Positions 12,973 through 23,548 of a stretch of 64,000 nt of DNA are shown here, piece by piece (within the stretch, counting starts at the first letter, position 1; every line of letters begins with the position of its first letter). The notes under the pieces were generated by a model that saw nothing but the letters and a program-made list of their open reading frames with translations, ran no database searches and was not told the origin of the DNA. A program made the position numbers and the translations under genes. Origin of the DNA: Verrucomicrobiota bacterium (GTDB taxonomy: Bacteria > Verrucomicrobiota > Verrucomicrobiia > Limisphaerales > JADLHS01); NCBI GenBank assembly GCA_039806955.1, contig JBDHQI010000005.1, positions 39,118 through 103,117 of the forward strand, written 5' to 3'.

Positions 12973-13926
12973 TCACTGTGTTTCTCCGCGCGTAACCTGA
13001 AGAAATACTTCTTCCAAAGACATTTCGTCTTCGCGCAGTTCCAGCAACTTCACTCCGCCACGCACCAAGGTTTCCGCGATGAGGCTTTGCTCCACATCCG
13101 CGCCGGTCAACGTGACCTTGAGTCGCTGCTCGGCCAACGTCACTTCCGCCACTTCGGGTCGCGCCCGCAACAACTGAATGGCTTGCGTCGCATCGCCACC
13201 GACCCGCACCCAGAACACCGCGCCTGCGGACATCTGTTCGCGCACGCCCTGAACCGGACCGGTGTAAATCAATTTGCCCTTCTCGATGATGCAGACGCGA
13301 TTGCAGATGGTTTCCAACTCACTCAGGATGTGCGAACTGATGATGATGGTTTTGCCGAGCCGACGCAGCTCGCGCAGAATTTCCATCATCTCGATCCGTG
13401 CGCGCGGATCCAATCCGCTCGCCGGCTCATCAAGTAACAGGAGCTGCGGATCATGTACCAGCACGCGCGCCAGGCCCAGGCGTTGTTGCATGCCACGGCT
13501 CAGCGCACCGATGACTGATCCCTTCTTCTCCGTCAACCCGACCAGTTCCAAAACATCGTCAATGACTTTGGCGCGTTGCGCGGTGGGGATGCGATAACAC
13601 GCGCCGAAAAAATCCAGGTATTCCTCCACCTCCATGTCTTTGTACACGCCAAAAAAGTCCGGCATGTAGCCGATGAGCCGGCGCACGGTATCCGCACCTT
13701 TCACAAGGTCGTGCCCGAGCACTTCCACCGTGCCGGAGCTGGGCGTAAGGAAGGTGGAGAGAATCCGCAACGTCGTGGTTTTCCCCGCGCCATTGGAGCC
13801 GATGAATCCAAATAAATCCCCCTGATTCACGGTGAGATTCAGTTGATCCAACGCCAACATCATTCCGTAGCGACGGGTTAAATCGCGCATTTGAATGGCG
13901 ATGGGTGGAGCGGCTGGAGTAGTCAT
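12973..13926 (-). CDS. ABC transporter ATP-binding protein
   Basis: Walker A GSNGAGKTTT, ABC signature LSRGMQQRLGLA and Walker B LLLLDEPASGLD are all present. Confidence 0.9.
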   Translation of the reverse strand: MTTPAAPPIAIQMRDLTRRYGMMLALDQLNLTVNQGDLFGFIGSNGAGKTTTLRILSTFLTPSSGTVEVLGHDLVKGADTVRRLIGYMPDFFGVYKDMEVEEYLDFFGACYRIPTAQRAKVIDDVLELVGLTEKKGSVIGALSRGMQQRLGLARVLVHDPQLLLLDEPASGLDPRARIEMMEILRELRRLGKTIIISSHILSELETICNRVCIIEKGKLIYTGPVQGVREQMSAGAVFWVRVGGDATQAIQLLRARPEVAEVTLAEQRLKVTLTGADVEQSLIAETLVRGGVKLLELREDEMSLEEVFLQVTRGETQ

Positions 13927-13929
13927 AAA

Positions 13930-16092
13930 TTATTTTCGTTCGTTGATGGTCACCGGCACGCGCCACAAGGTGTCCACGGTGGTGCGTTTGACGTGGGAGG
14001 TGATCAGAGGCGGCACCGGAGCGCTATTGGTCGCAAAAGCAAAAAGCACGGCTTCGCCCGCCGCCAGCGGCGCCGCCACACTCAGTCCACGCGGAACGGT
14101 AAATTGCGTTTCTCTTTGCCCGCCGCTCATGCTGCCCAACAAAGACACGACGGTCGCGGCGCGCGCCGGATCGCTGATCTGGCCGCTACTGGTGCTGCCA
14201 AAAGCGCGCTGGCGTTGTCGCACCGCCGTGAGAAACGCTCCCAAGTCACGACGCACAAACTTCTCCAGCGTCTCATGGACCACGGCGGGATCTTCCAACC
14301 AAACAGTCCTGGCCTCGTCCGTGGGAAGATTGCCCAGGCTGACCACTTTTTCGTTCCAGACCATATACGCGTCGGACATGGGTTTGCCCGAAACATTCCT
14401 GACCGTAACAACGTCGTTTTCCAAAGTAGCCACCAGCGGAGATTCCATCGCCGACCACCAATCGCTCAAATAAAGCTGGCTCGTCCACACGGGCACGAAC
14501 ACCGTCGCCTCGAAATTATCACCGGTTTGAACCACCTGCCCGGACTCGGAACTTTCCCCGCCGCGTCTGGACGTGAACTCGGTGCGCAGCGTGGCGAACG
14601 GCAATTCGCTGCGCAGCCCGTAATTACGGTTGGCTGGCGCATAGATGCTGGCGTAGGTGCGGCCGCGCAATTCCGCGCGCGCACCGTGCGCGCAGACGTC
14701 CACCACGTGCAGTTCGTTGTATTCGGATTCACCCGCGCGCAACCAATAGCCGAGGCCATAGATCAGCAACGAGAACAGCACCACATAAACTGGAAACGTG
14801 ATCCAAGTCAGCATGGGACGTTTGATCTTTCGCAACCACCAGCGATCGAATGGCCCAATCACCGCGAGGTACACCACCAGCAACACCAGCAACCAGCCCA
14901 CGGGCAACTTGTGAATTTGCCGGCTGTCAATCAGGCCGCCAAAAACTCCGTCCACGGACGCGGTCGCACCCAAGTAGTAATCCGTGGAGGTGTAAAGCGC
15001 CGCCGGCACCCCCACGAGTTGCGTCCAAAAGGTGGCCAGATTCGACCAGGACTTGAACGGCTCCAGTTCAGGACTGAACGTCAGCACCGAAACGCGCCCA
15101 AAATCGCGCGGCGCCGAAATCAACAACGGCAATCCGCCACTGGACACCTCGATTCGCCCGTCTCGCAACACGCCGCGGGCGACACGGATTTCGGCTCGTT
15201 CAAATGTTTCGTCCCGGTGCAAATCCGCAAACATCGGGACTGGAGGACTGGGGCTGGTGCGCACGTCACCTCCGGCAGTTGTCGCCGCCGCGGCGTTGTT
15301 GCGTTCCAACCAGGTTTGCAATTCCTGATGTTCCGTCACGCTGACAATATCCTGCGGCACAAACGGCAGCACCGCCTGTAACCAAGCCGTCCCGGTGATG
15401 TCGTTGACCTGCTCGATGGCGACGATCAGATGTCCGCCGGCGCGCGTCCACGCCAGCAACGCGTCCGCTTGATCCGGGCGCAGACTGGTTGCGATGGTTG
15501 AATTGAGATAAATCGCATCCACACCATCCAGCAACAACGGATTGCCGGGAAACGTGGCGGGCAACCAGCGTACGGCTTGAGGCTGCGCATCGGGCTGATT
15601 GCGTTTGATGGGGCGCAAACTGATCGCGCCGGTGGCCGTGCGTGAAAGCGAGGCGGCCAGCAGGGTGGTGGCACCGATGGCCTGCCGCGCGGAAGCGTCA
15701 AGCGACGCTTCCAGCGTGCGCCCGTGCGCATCCACCAACCTGACCTCCCAACTGGTCTGGTAACGCACCGCTGCAAAAACGGGCACGGCCACCCGCTTCA
15801 ACGTGCCAGTGGGCAGCTCGATCGGCACGCGTTGCACGGCGCCGCGACCGATCCCCATGGGCGCAACCTCGATGAAACCGGAAAGAGGCGGACCGTCGTT
15901 GCTCAATTCGCACTGAATCGGAAACCAAGTCGCCTCTCGCACCACGCCGCCACAGCCCACTTGCACGTTGAGTCGCACCGTCGCGGCGGCAAACGCCACG
16001 GACAGCGCCAGCAATCCGCCCCCGAGCAGAAATTGCTTCACTCGTTGGCTCGGAATAAAAAATGTTCGCTGGCACATGCGGTTCAATCGCAT
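13930..16092 (-). CDS. Large membrane-anchored hypothetical protein, first gene of the ABC operon
   Basis: The start is taken at the internal ATG 16092, which precedes a signal/TM-like LLGGGLLALSVAFAAA. Mid-protein TM helices are present (LLVLLVVYLAVIGPF, VVLFSLLIYGLGYWL). The gene ends 3 nt before the ATPase gene. I recognise no catalytic motif. Confidence 0.5.
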   Translation of the reverse strand: MRLNRMCQRTFFIPSQRVKQFLLGGGLLALSVAFAAATVRLNVQVGCGGVVREATWFPIQCELSNDGPPLSGFIEVAPMGIGRGAVQRVPIELPTGTLKRVAVPVFAAVRYQTSWEVRLVDAHGRTLEASLDASARQAIGATTLLAASLSRTATGAISLRPIKRNQPDAQPQAVRWLPATFPGNPLLLDGVDAIYLNSTIATSLRPDQADALLAWTRAGGHLIVAIEQVNDITGTAWLQAVLPFVPQDIVSVTEHQELQTWLERNNAAAATTAGGDVRTSPSPPVPMFADLHRDETFERAEIRVARGVLRDGRIEVSSGGLPLLISAPRDFGRVSVLTFSPELEPFKSWSNLATFWTQLVGVPAALYTSTDYYLGATASVDGVFGGLIDSRQIHKLPVGWLLVLLVVYLAVIGPFDRWWLRKIKRPMLTWITFPVYVVLFSLLIYGLGYWLRAGESEYNELHVVDVCAHGARAELRGRTYASIYAPANRNYGLRSELPFATLRTEFTSRRGGESSESGQVVQTGDNFEATVFVPVWTSQLYLSDWWSAMESPLVATLENDVVTVRNVSGKPMSDAYMVWNEKVVSLGNLPTDEARTVWLEDPAVVHETLEKFVRRDLGAFLTAVRQRQRAFGSTSSGQISDPARAATVVSLLGSMSGGQRETQFTVPRGLSVAAPLAAGEAVLFAFATNSAPVPPLITSHVKRTTVDTLWRVPVTINERK

Positions 16093-16277
16093 CCTCCCAT
16101 CGCCCCCACTTTCAATTAATGAATTGAGGCGACATTTACCCAGACCGGAACCCGTGACGCAATGCGCAAATTGTCCTCGATTGGTTTGGTTGCCTGAACC
16201 CGGCACCGATTCGTGCGGCGCGAGTCAGGTACAATGGAAAAGCCGCGGGTAAAAATGTCCGCGCCCCGATGCGCTGG

Positions 16278-17609
16278 TTAAACAATGGCGAGTGGAGTGA
16301 AGGAGCGGCCCAGCACCGGCACGCTTGATGTCTTGAGCCAGTTCTCCAACACGGCCGCATAGACGCAGCGGAAATCCACGGTGTATTGAATATCGCCGTT
16401 CAACAAATCTTTGGGCGCCAGACTCGGGTAGCGCCCCAGCAAACCGGCTTTGATGCGATTGCCGATCACGAACAGGGGCGCGGCGGCGCCGTGATCCGTG
16501 CCGCCACTGGCGTTTTCTGAAACGCGCCGGCCAAACTCGCTGAAGGTCATGACCAACACGCGCTCGAAATTGCCCTGTGCCTTCAAGTCGGCCACGAACG
16601 CCTGGAGCGCCCCGGCCAATTCGGCGAGCAGCCGCGTGTGCGTGCCCACCTGATTGGTATGCGTGTCGTAGCCGCCTTGCGAGACGTAGTAAATTCGCGT
16701 GGCCATGCCGCCGCCAATCAACCGCGCCACCAGTTTCAGCGAGTCGGCCAGACGCGAAGCTGGATAGGCCGTCTGGTTTGGCGCCTTGCCGGTGACGGCG
16801 CGAATTTCATCCGAACTCACCTGCGCATCCAGCGCCACGCGCTCGATGAAATCCAGCGGCGAACCGGCGGGTTGCACCGAACCGTTGAGCATGTCAATCG
16901 TTCCGCCGGAATCTTCTGTCGCCGCCTCGTGGACTTCATTCATCCTCCGGTAAATGGCCTCGCTGGTATCCGACTCATCCGCCCGGAGCCGGTCGGATTT
17001 GATGAAGCGATAATTCTCCGGATCGTTGAAGCAAACTCCGCGCGGCTGTTTGGCGGCGAGCGCCTGGGGCATTTGCGAGGTCAGGGCAATCGCCACGGCC
17101 GGATCGCAACCGTCACACGCACTGTCAAAATAACGTCCCAACCAACCGGTGTTTTCAAACCGGTTGGCGTCACTGGCGGTCTGCCAGATTTCCGTCGAAC
17201 GAAAATGCGAGCGGTTCGGATTTGGATAGCCCACCCCCTGCACAACCCCCAGGTGCCCCGCTTCAAACAACTCCTTCAAGCCGGCCATCCCGGGATTCAA
17301 CCCCACACTGTCGCTGAGGCGGAGCACGTCTTTCGCCGCCACCGCCAGCCGTGGCCGCGCCCGGCGATAATGATCATCGGCAAACGGCACGACCATGTTC
17401 AAACCGTCGTTGCCACCCGCCAGTTGCAGCACGACCAGGATCGTCCCATCCTTGCCCGTGGTGATCTGCGTGGCCGCATCCGCCGCAGTGGCGTGCAACG
17501 CCGCAAAGGTATTGGCGAGGAACGCGGGCACCGTCCAGGACAGCGCGCTGCCCAAGACGGTGCTGCGTAAAAATTCACGACGTGTTTTCAAGGTTGGTTC
17601 GAATTTCAT
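16278..17609 (-). CDS. DUF1501 domain protein (sulfatase-like), Tat signal
   Basis: 443 aa. It has TRREFLRSTVLGSALS at the N-terminus and the GGYDTHTNQ segment typical of DUF1501. Confidence 0.85.
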   Translation of the reverse strand: MKFEPTLKTRREFLRSTVLGSALSWTVPAFLANTFAALHATAADAATQITTGKDGTILVVLQLAGGNDGLNMVVPFADDHYRRARPRLAVAAKDVLRLSDSVGLNPGMAGLKELFEAGHLGVVQGVGYPNPNRSHFRSTEIWQTASDANRFENTGWLGRYFDSACDGCDPAVAIALTSQMPQALAAKQPRGVCFNDPENYRFIKSDRLRADESDTSEAIYRRMNEVHEAATEDSGGTIDMLNGSVQPAGSPLDFIERVALDAQVSSDEIRAVTGKAPNQTAYPASRLADSLKLVARLIGGGMATRIYYVSQGGYDTHTNQVGTHTRLLAELAGALQAFVADLKAQGNFERVLVMTFSEFGRRVSENASGGTDHGAAAPLFVIGNRIKAGLLGRYPSLAPKDLLNGDIQYTVDFRCVYAAVLENWLKTSSVPVLGRSFTPLAIV

Positions 17610-17646
17610 GACAAAATGTTATACGATTTAACTGGCCGCGTGTCGC

Positions 17647-19116
17647 TCAAGTCAGTTGATACTCGGGTGTGCTCATGGCCAGCCGGATGGCGCCGCGAAT
17701 GTCGTCCTCGTCCAACGCGCCTTGCGAATCCAGATACTCACGCAAGGCGGCTCGCTGCCCGGATTTCAGTTCCGTTTGGAACAAGCGCTTTTCCAAAGCG
17801 GCAATCAGCGCGGTTTGATCGCGTCGTTCCGATTCCGAAAATATCTTCGTCACCTCGATCTGAAGCGCGGCGGGACGCAGGCGTTTTACCGGCCTACGCG
17901 CGGCCGGCGGTGAATTGCGTTTCCCGTCTTTGGCCGGGGTCAGAGTGCCTTGCACCAGCAACGCGGCTTCGTTGTAACGCGCCAGCAACGTGTTCGTGGT
18001 GATCCAGGAAAATCCACCGTCCCAACCTTTCACGTTCGGCGGCGCGAACAAATCTTGTCCCAGTTCGCGCGTCAGACCGCCGCTCAGTTGGGGTGGCGGC
18101 AAGGTGGATTCCAACATGCGGATCGTGCCTGCCAACCATTGCGCCGGACTTTTCACCTGCGCACGGATCAAGGCAGCATCGTAGAATTCCTCGCTGCGCA
18201 ACAGGACGCGCAGGAATGGTTTGAAGTTGTTGCCCTGCTGCCGGAAGTTTGCGGCCAGCGCGTCGGCCAACTCGGCCGAAGCCGGTTGCCCCGCAAAGAA
18301 GTTCCAGAGTTTGGCCGTGATGAACCGCGCCGCCTGCGGTTGCGCCACGATCTGCGCCAACACGTCACGACCGTTCAACTGCCCGGTGCGACCCAACACG
18401 GTTTTGACGCCCGGATCATGCAGGGCGGGACGATCAACGAATTTCTGCGCCTCACGATTGTAACTCCACCCCGTCAACGCCCGCGCCGCTTCAGTGATGT
18501 CCCGCTCCGTGTAATGCCCTTCACCCAGTGTGAACAATTCCATCACTTCACGGGCGAAATTCTCGTTGGGATGTTGCTTGCGACTTTGAGCCTGATCCAA
18601 CCAGATGAGCATGGCCGGATCTTGCGCCATCTCGACCAGCAACCGCAGCCAGTTGTCGGTGGCGAGGCGGCGGAACAATTCGTTCTGTCGCCACATGAGA
18701 TACGGCTCGCGCACCTTGTCCACGCTGGTGGCGAAATGACCGTGCCAAAACAAAACCATCTTCTCCTGGAACGGGCGTGGGCCTTGGGCCATGCGGCTCA
18801 ACCACCAGTGGCGCAATTCCGTCATTTGCTCGCGTTGAACCCGCCGTTCCTCGCGCTGCATTTGGCGGCGCTGCTCCGCGTCCGCCTTGCGGAGCGCCTG
18901 AAGTTTTTCGCGCCGCTCCGGATCAGGCCGCGCCCACTTGGGCGCTGGCGTCGTGTCGGGAATTCTCTCATAATCCACCAACCGGGCAACCGCCGACTCC
19001 GGTCCAAGCGCAACGAGCTGTTGAATTTCGTCCGGTGGACCACCAAAACCGGCGCGATTCAACAAATGCGCGGCAGTCGTATAATTCCAACGATCATTGG
19101 TCAGTGGTTTGAGCAT
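17647..19116 (-). CDS. DUF1800 domain protein
   Basis: 489 aa. HPNENFAREVMELFTLGEGHYTERDITEAARALTGW is the characteristic DUF1800 core. It is paired with DUF1501, as is common in Planctomycetota and Verrucomicrobiota. Confidence 0.85.
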   Translation of the reverse strand: MLKPLTNDRWNYTTAAHLLNRAGFGGPPDEIQQLVALGPESAVARLVDYERIPDTTPAPKWARPDPERREKLQALRKADAEQRRQMQREERRVQREQMTELRHWWLSRMAQGPRPFQEKMVLFWHGHFATSVDKVREPYLMWRQNELFRRLATDNWLRLLVEMAQDPAMLIWLDQAQSRKQHPNENFAREVMELFTLGEGHYTERDITEAARALTGWSYNREAQKFVDRPALHDPGVKTVLGRTGQLNGRDVLAQIVAQPQAARFITAKLWNFFAGQPASAELADALAANFRQQGNNFKPFLRVLLRSEEFYDAALIRAQVKSPAQWLAGTIRMLESTLPPPQLSGGLTRELGQDLFAPPNVKGWDGGFSWITTNTLLARYNEAALLVQGTLTPAKDGKRNSPPAARRPVKRLRPAALQIEVTKIFSESERRDQTALIAALEKRLFQTELKSGQRAALREYLDSQGALDEDDIRGAIRLAMSTPEYQLT

Positions 19117-19475
19117 TGGTTTGGAAACATTGGCGTTATTGCGAGCGATCCCGTAGCCGGAAGCAAGGTTTCATAATTTCGCGTTTTAATCCCAAAAGTC
19201 CGGCGCGTCAAACGAAAGTTCGCCGCAAGCGCCACAAAGTCAATAATTCAACCGAACAGCGTCAAAATAGTTTCATCAACTCACGTTGGTTTCGATGGTG
19301 CGCACTCAACCTGGTAGTTCGACACACGAATCGAACGCAACGTTCAACGGGTTTTGAGAATCGGCGCAACGGATTTTGGAGCATGGCTTGGGTGACATTT
19401 GGTGTCCCCAAAAAATTTATCGTAAATCCTGACGCGTTTCCGCCATTTCACTTGAAGCGCATTTTTTGCGCACCT

Positions 19476-20882
19476 ATGGTGAGCGCGTCGTTTGAAATTG
19501 GAGACATGACCAGCAGCACCACCACCCACTTAGATCTTTCCACATCCGAAGCGCCTCACCCCAATCGCATCGCCCCTGACCAGGTCCTGTCCACGTTGGA
19601 ACAGCACATCCTCGTGGACGGCTTCAAGTTGATTTTTGATACGGAACACAGCCGTGGCTCGCACTTCGTGGATGCGGCCACGGGACGCGAATTCATTGAT
19701 CTCTACGGCTTCTACGCCTCGCAACCCATCGGCTACAATCATCCGTATCTCAACCGCTCCGAGGTCCAGGCGGATTTGTTGCAGGCCGCCCAGGTAAAAG
19801 TGGCTAACGCCGACGTTTACACACCGCAATACGCCACTTTCGTCGAAATGTTCGCGCGCGTCATCGCGCACCCGCAACTGCCACGCTACTTCTTCATCGA
19901 AGGCGGCGCGCTAGCGGTCGAGAACGCCATCAAAGCGGCCATGGATTGGAAAGTGCGGAAAAATCTGGCTGCGGGTCGCGGCGAACGCGGCACGGAAATC
20001 ATCCATTTCAAACACGCCTTTCACGGGCGTTCCGGTTACACGTTGAGCCTGACAAACACTGATCCCAACAAGGTCGCTTACTTCGCCAAGTTCCCCTGGC
20101 CGCGCATCAGCACGCCCATGCTGAATTTTGCCCTGCCTGAAGCCGAACGGATCCGGGACGTCATCGCTCGCGAACAACAAGCGGAAAGGGAGATCCGTGC
20201 CGTACTCGCTGAAAAGGCGGCGGACATTGCGGCGATCATCATCGAACCGATTCAAGGCGAAGGCGGCGACAACCATTTCCGCCCCGAGTTCATGCAACTT
20301 CTGCGCAAGGTGGCTGATGAACATGAGCTTCTGCTGATCTTCGATGAAGTGCAATCGGGCATGGGCATCACCGGGAAAAATTGGGCGGCGGAACATTACG
20401 ACGTTGTGCCGGACTTGATCGCGTTCGGAAAAAAATCGCAAGTCTGCGGGGTCATGGCAGGAAAGCGCCTGGATGAAGTGAAGGATAATTGTTTCCGACT
20501 GCCGGGCCGCATCAGCTCGACCTGGGGCGGCAACTTTACCGATTACGTGCGTTCGACGCACTACCTTCGGATTTACGAACAAGAACAGTTGGTCGCAAAT
20601 GCGCGCACCCAGGGCGAAAAACTGCTGGCGGGACTCTACGAATTGGCGCGAACCAATCCCGTCGTGACCGCGCCGCGCGGCAAAGGTTTGATGCTGGCCT
20701 TTGACCTGCCGGATACCGCCACGCGCGATGCGTTCTGGCGCGGCTGTTATGCCTTGAACTTGTTGGTCATTCGTTCCGGCTCGCGTTCAATCCGGCTGCG
20801 ACCGATGATGGACATCCAGGACGACATCATCGAACAGGCACTCAAAATCATGGACGATGAATGTGGCAAACTATCGCGCTGA
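19476..20882 (+). CDS. lat: L-lysine 6-transaminase (class III aminotransferase)
   Basis: The sequence is colinear with LAT as I remember it: FHGRSGYTLSLTNT, EPIQGEGGDNHFRPEF, LIFDEVQSGMGITG, AFGKKSQVCG. The ORF track starts at 19116, but the conserved region begins near 19560. The start is uncertain (ATG 19476 or 19506). Confidence 0.8.
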   Translation: MVSASFEIGDMTSSTTTHLDLSTSEAPHPNRIAPDQVLSTLEQHILVDGFKLIFDTEHSRGSHFVDAATGREFIDLYGFYASQPIGYNHPYLNRSEVQADLLQAAQVKVANADVYTPQYATFVEMFARVIAHPQLPRYFFIEGGALAVENAIKAAMDWKVRKNLAAGRGERGTEIIHFKHAFHGRSGYTLSLTNTDPNKVAYFAKFPWPRISTPMLNFALPEAERIRDVIAREQQAEREIRAVLAEKAADIAAIIIEPIQGEGGDNHFRPEFMQLLRKVADEHELLLIFDEVQSGMGITGKNWAAEHYDVVPDLIAFGKKSQVCGVMAGKRLDEVKDNCFRLPGRISSTWGGNFTDYVRSTHYLRIYEQEQLVANARTQGEKLLAGLYELARTNPVVTAPRGKGLMLAFDLPDTATRDAFWRGCYALNLLVIRSGSRSIRLRPMMDIQDDIIEQALKIMDDECGKLSR

Positions 20883-21020
20883 AGGCCGGGCTGCTAATTA
20901 CCTCGATTTACCGATCCCGCGCGGAGGGACGAAAGCGGACAACCGATTCCAAGCGTGACGCGGACCAGAATTGATTTTGTCGGACGTCTCGAAACATGCT
21001 ATTAAGCAAGGAAGATCATC

Positions 21021-22574
21021 ATGCCGAAAAAAATCACCAAAGCAAAAGTATCCGCCGCGACCACCTTGAAGGCGCTCGGGTTGGAAGCCGTTAACCCCGG
21101 CGTCTTTGATGGCACCTGGTCCGGCTCGGGAAAAATCCTGGCCAGTCATTCGCCGAACGACGGCGCCCTGCTGGGTTCGGTCCGCACCGCGACTCCGGCT
21201 GAATATGAGAATGCCTTGAAGAAGTCCGTCGCCGCATTCGAGCAATGGAAAACGGTACCCGCCCCCCAACGCGGCGAAGTCATCCGCCAACTCGGCAACG
21301 CCCTCCGCGCCGCCAAGCAAGACCTAGGCAGACTCATCACACTCGAGGCGGGAAAAATCATCGCCGAAGGCCAGGGTGAAGTGCAGGAGATGATTGATAT
21401 TTGCGACTTCGCCACCGGCCTCTCGCGTCAACTCTATGGACTGACCATTGCCAGCGAACGCCCGAACCACCGGATGATGGAGCAATGGCTGCCACTCGGC
21501 CCGGTCGGCGTGATCACCGCCTTCAATTTTCCGGCGGCGGTCTGGTCCTGGAATGTGGCTCTGGCCATTGTCTGCGGCGACAGCACCGTCTGGAAACCTT
21601 CGAGTCTGACGCCCCTCACGGCGATAGCCACAATCAAAATTGCCGAACGGGTTGGTCGCGCCAACGGCATTGATCCGGCGCTGTTCACCCTGATCATTGG
21701 TGACGGCGCCACGGTGGGCCAACGAATGTTGGATGACAAACGGCTGCCGCTCATCTCCGCCACCGGCTCTTCCAAAATGGGCGTACGGGTTGCCGAATCC
21801 GTTGGACGCCGTTTCGGCAAAACCATTCTCGAACTGGGCGGCAACAACGCCATCATCGTCGCGCCCACGGCAAATCTGGATTTGGCCACGCGCGCGATCT
21901 TGTTTGGCGCGGTCGGCACAGCCGGGCAGCGCTGCACCAGCACCCGCCGAATTATTGCGCATGAAAATATCCGCGAGAATCTGATTCGCCGATTGATCGC
22001 CGCCTACGAGCAGGTGCGTATTGGGAATCCCGCTGCGCCGACCACGCTCTGCGGTCCGTTGATTAATGCCGATGCCGTCAAGGACATGCAGGCCGCGCTC
22101 AAACGCGTCAAAACGGAAGGTGGCAAAATTCTCTTCGGCGGCGAACCCTTGAGTGGCCCGGAATTTCCCGGTGGTTGTTACGTGAGTCCCTGCATCGTAG
22201 CGGCCCGACACGACATGAAAATTGTGCATGAGGAAACATTCGCACCCATTCTTTACGTCTTAGGCTACCGCGATTTTGAAGACGCCATCGCTTATCACAA
22301 TGAAGTGCCACAAGGATTAAGCTCCGCCATTTTCACGAATGACCTTCGCGAAGCCGAATTGTTCGTGTCCGCGCGCGGCAGTGATTGTGGCATTGCGAAC
22401 GTCAACATCGGCACGAGCGGAGCGGAAATCGGCGGCGCTTTTGGTGGCGAAAAAGAAACGGGGGGCGGTCGTGAAAGCGGCAGCGATGCCTGGAAGGCCT
22501 ACATGCGACGCCAAACCGCCACCATCAATTACGGTACGGAATTGCCGCTGGCCCAAGGGATTCAATTTGGTTGA
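21021..22574 (+). CDS. pcd: ALDH7-type aldehyde dehydrogenase (piperideine-6-carboxylate / alpha-aminoadipic semialdehyde dehydrogenase)
   Basis: 517 aa. GEVQEMIDICDFATGLSRQLYG is the ALDH7 signature region. ELGGNNA and the GQRCTS catalytic Cys are present. Adjacency to lat fits the lysine-to-aminoadipate route. Confidence 0.8.
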   Translation: MPKKITKAKVSAATTLKALGLEAVNPGVFDGTWSGSGKILASHSPNDGALLGSVRTATPAEYENALKKSVAAFEQWKTVPAPQRGEVIRQLGNALRAAKQDLGRLITLEAGKIIAEGQGEVQEMIDICDFATGLSRQLYGLTIASERPNHRMMEQWLPLGPVGVITAFNFPAAVWSWNVALAIVCGDSTVWKPSSLTPLTAIATIKIAERVGRANGIDPALFTLIIGDGATVGQRMLDDKRLPLISATGSSKMGVRVAESVGRRFGKTILELGGNNAIIVAPTANLDLATRAILFGAVGTAGQRCTSTRRIIAHENIRENLIRRLIAAYEQVRIGNPAAPTTLCGPLINADAVKDMQAALKRVKTEGGKILFGGEPLSGPEFPGGCYVSPCIVAARHDMKIVHEETFAPILYVLGYRDFEDAIAYHNEVPQGLSSAIFTNDLREAELFVSARGSDCGIANVNIGTSGAEIGGAFGGEKETGGGRESGSDAWKAYMRRQTATINYGTELPLAQGIQFG

Positions 22575-22671
22575 TCCATTGCATTCGCCGCGGGTGGGAT
22601 TGGAAGTGACGGTCAAAGGCTAATTTTTTGTAAGTGATTCAGGCCTGGCTCCTTGGAACGATTTTGTATAT

Positions 22672-23485
22672 TTGAAGTGGTTCATGAACGATGAACTACC
22701 GAAATCCAGAAACGTTTTCACTTCCCGTCGATCCCTGGAAGAGCGGTTGGCGCATCGGCCCGACGTGCTGGCACGGCTGCACGAACTGGCCGATACACTC
22801 GACCCATCCGTCACCGACGACTGCACCGCCGACGCAGCCGAAGCGCGCGTGAGCACGCAGGTGCGCCCATTGGCTCAGGAGCTTTTGGGCCAGTGGCCCC
22901 GCGAAACCGAGGCCCACCCCCAAGCCCAGGTGCCCCAGCGCCATCCGGATGCCATTCACTACGGTAAAAAAAAACGCTGAGATGGCAGACGCCCTTTGGC
23001 TGGGTGGAAGTCCAGGAGCCGCAATGGCGCTGGGGCCGGCGCGGCCGGTTGCTGCGACCCTTTTGTGAACGGGCCGGGGTGAATCCGCGCGGCCGTTCGC
23101 GGCGGTGATCCAACCCAAAAATCCTGAACGCTGGCGGCGACGCCAACAAAGCCGGTGGCTGGAAAACAAGGTGTCGGCCGTGCTGCGGGCCCTCGCGCCA
23201 CACGTGGAAGCCCAAACGCAACCCGCCGCGCCCGTGCGGGCGGCGTACCGCTACTTGAGCGAACGGCAGCCACATCTGGACTATGCGGGCGCACGGACGG
23301 CGGGACTGGAAATCGGCTCCGGCGAGATTGAAAGCGGCCATCGGCACGTGATTCAACAGCGGCTCAAACTGGCGGGCAGTTGGTGGAAGGAAACCAACGC
23401 TGAAGCAATGCCAGGCCTACGCGTGGCCCGCGCCAACCAACTCTGGTCGCGCTACGGGTCCACGCCAAAACTCGGCCACAATTGA
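22672..23485 (+). mobile_element. Internally deleted, frameshifted ISKra4-like transposase remnant
   Basis: The N-terminal piece ends ...AIHYGKKK at an A9 run. After a frame change it continues TLRWQTPFGWVEVQEP...RPFCERAGVNPRGRS. The C-terminal piece is GLEIGSGEIESGHRHVIQQRLKLAGSWWKETNAEAMPGLRVARANQLW. The DDE middle is missing. Confidence 0.6.
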
Positions 23486-23548
23486 CCGGCACTTCCAATC
23501 ACACCCCTCCGTCTAGCGTGACTTGACAGATTGGTTAAATTTCGTGCC

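Noticed and set aside
19117-19475. The 5' region of the lat ORF-track entry as coding sequence, or as a lysine riboswitch.
   Set aside because: The upstream 120 codons have no LAT similarity and are low-complexity. I could not recognise L-box conserved elements by eye. It is left as an untranslated or regulatory region of unknown nature.
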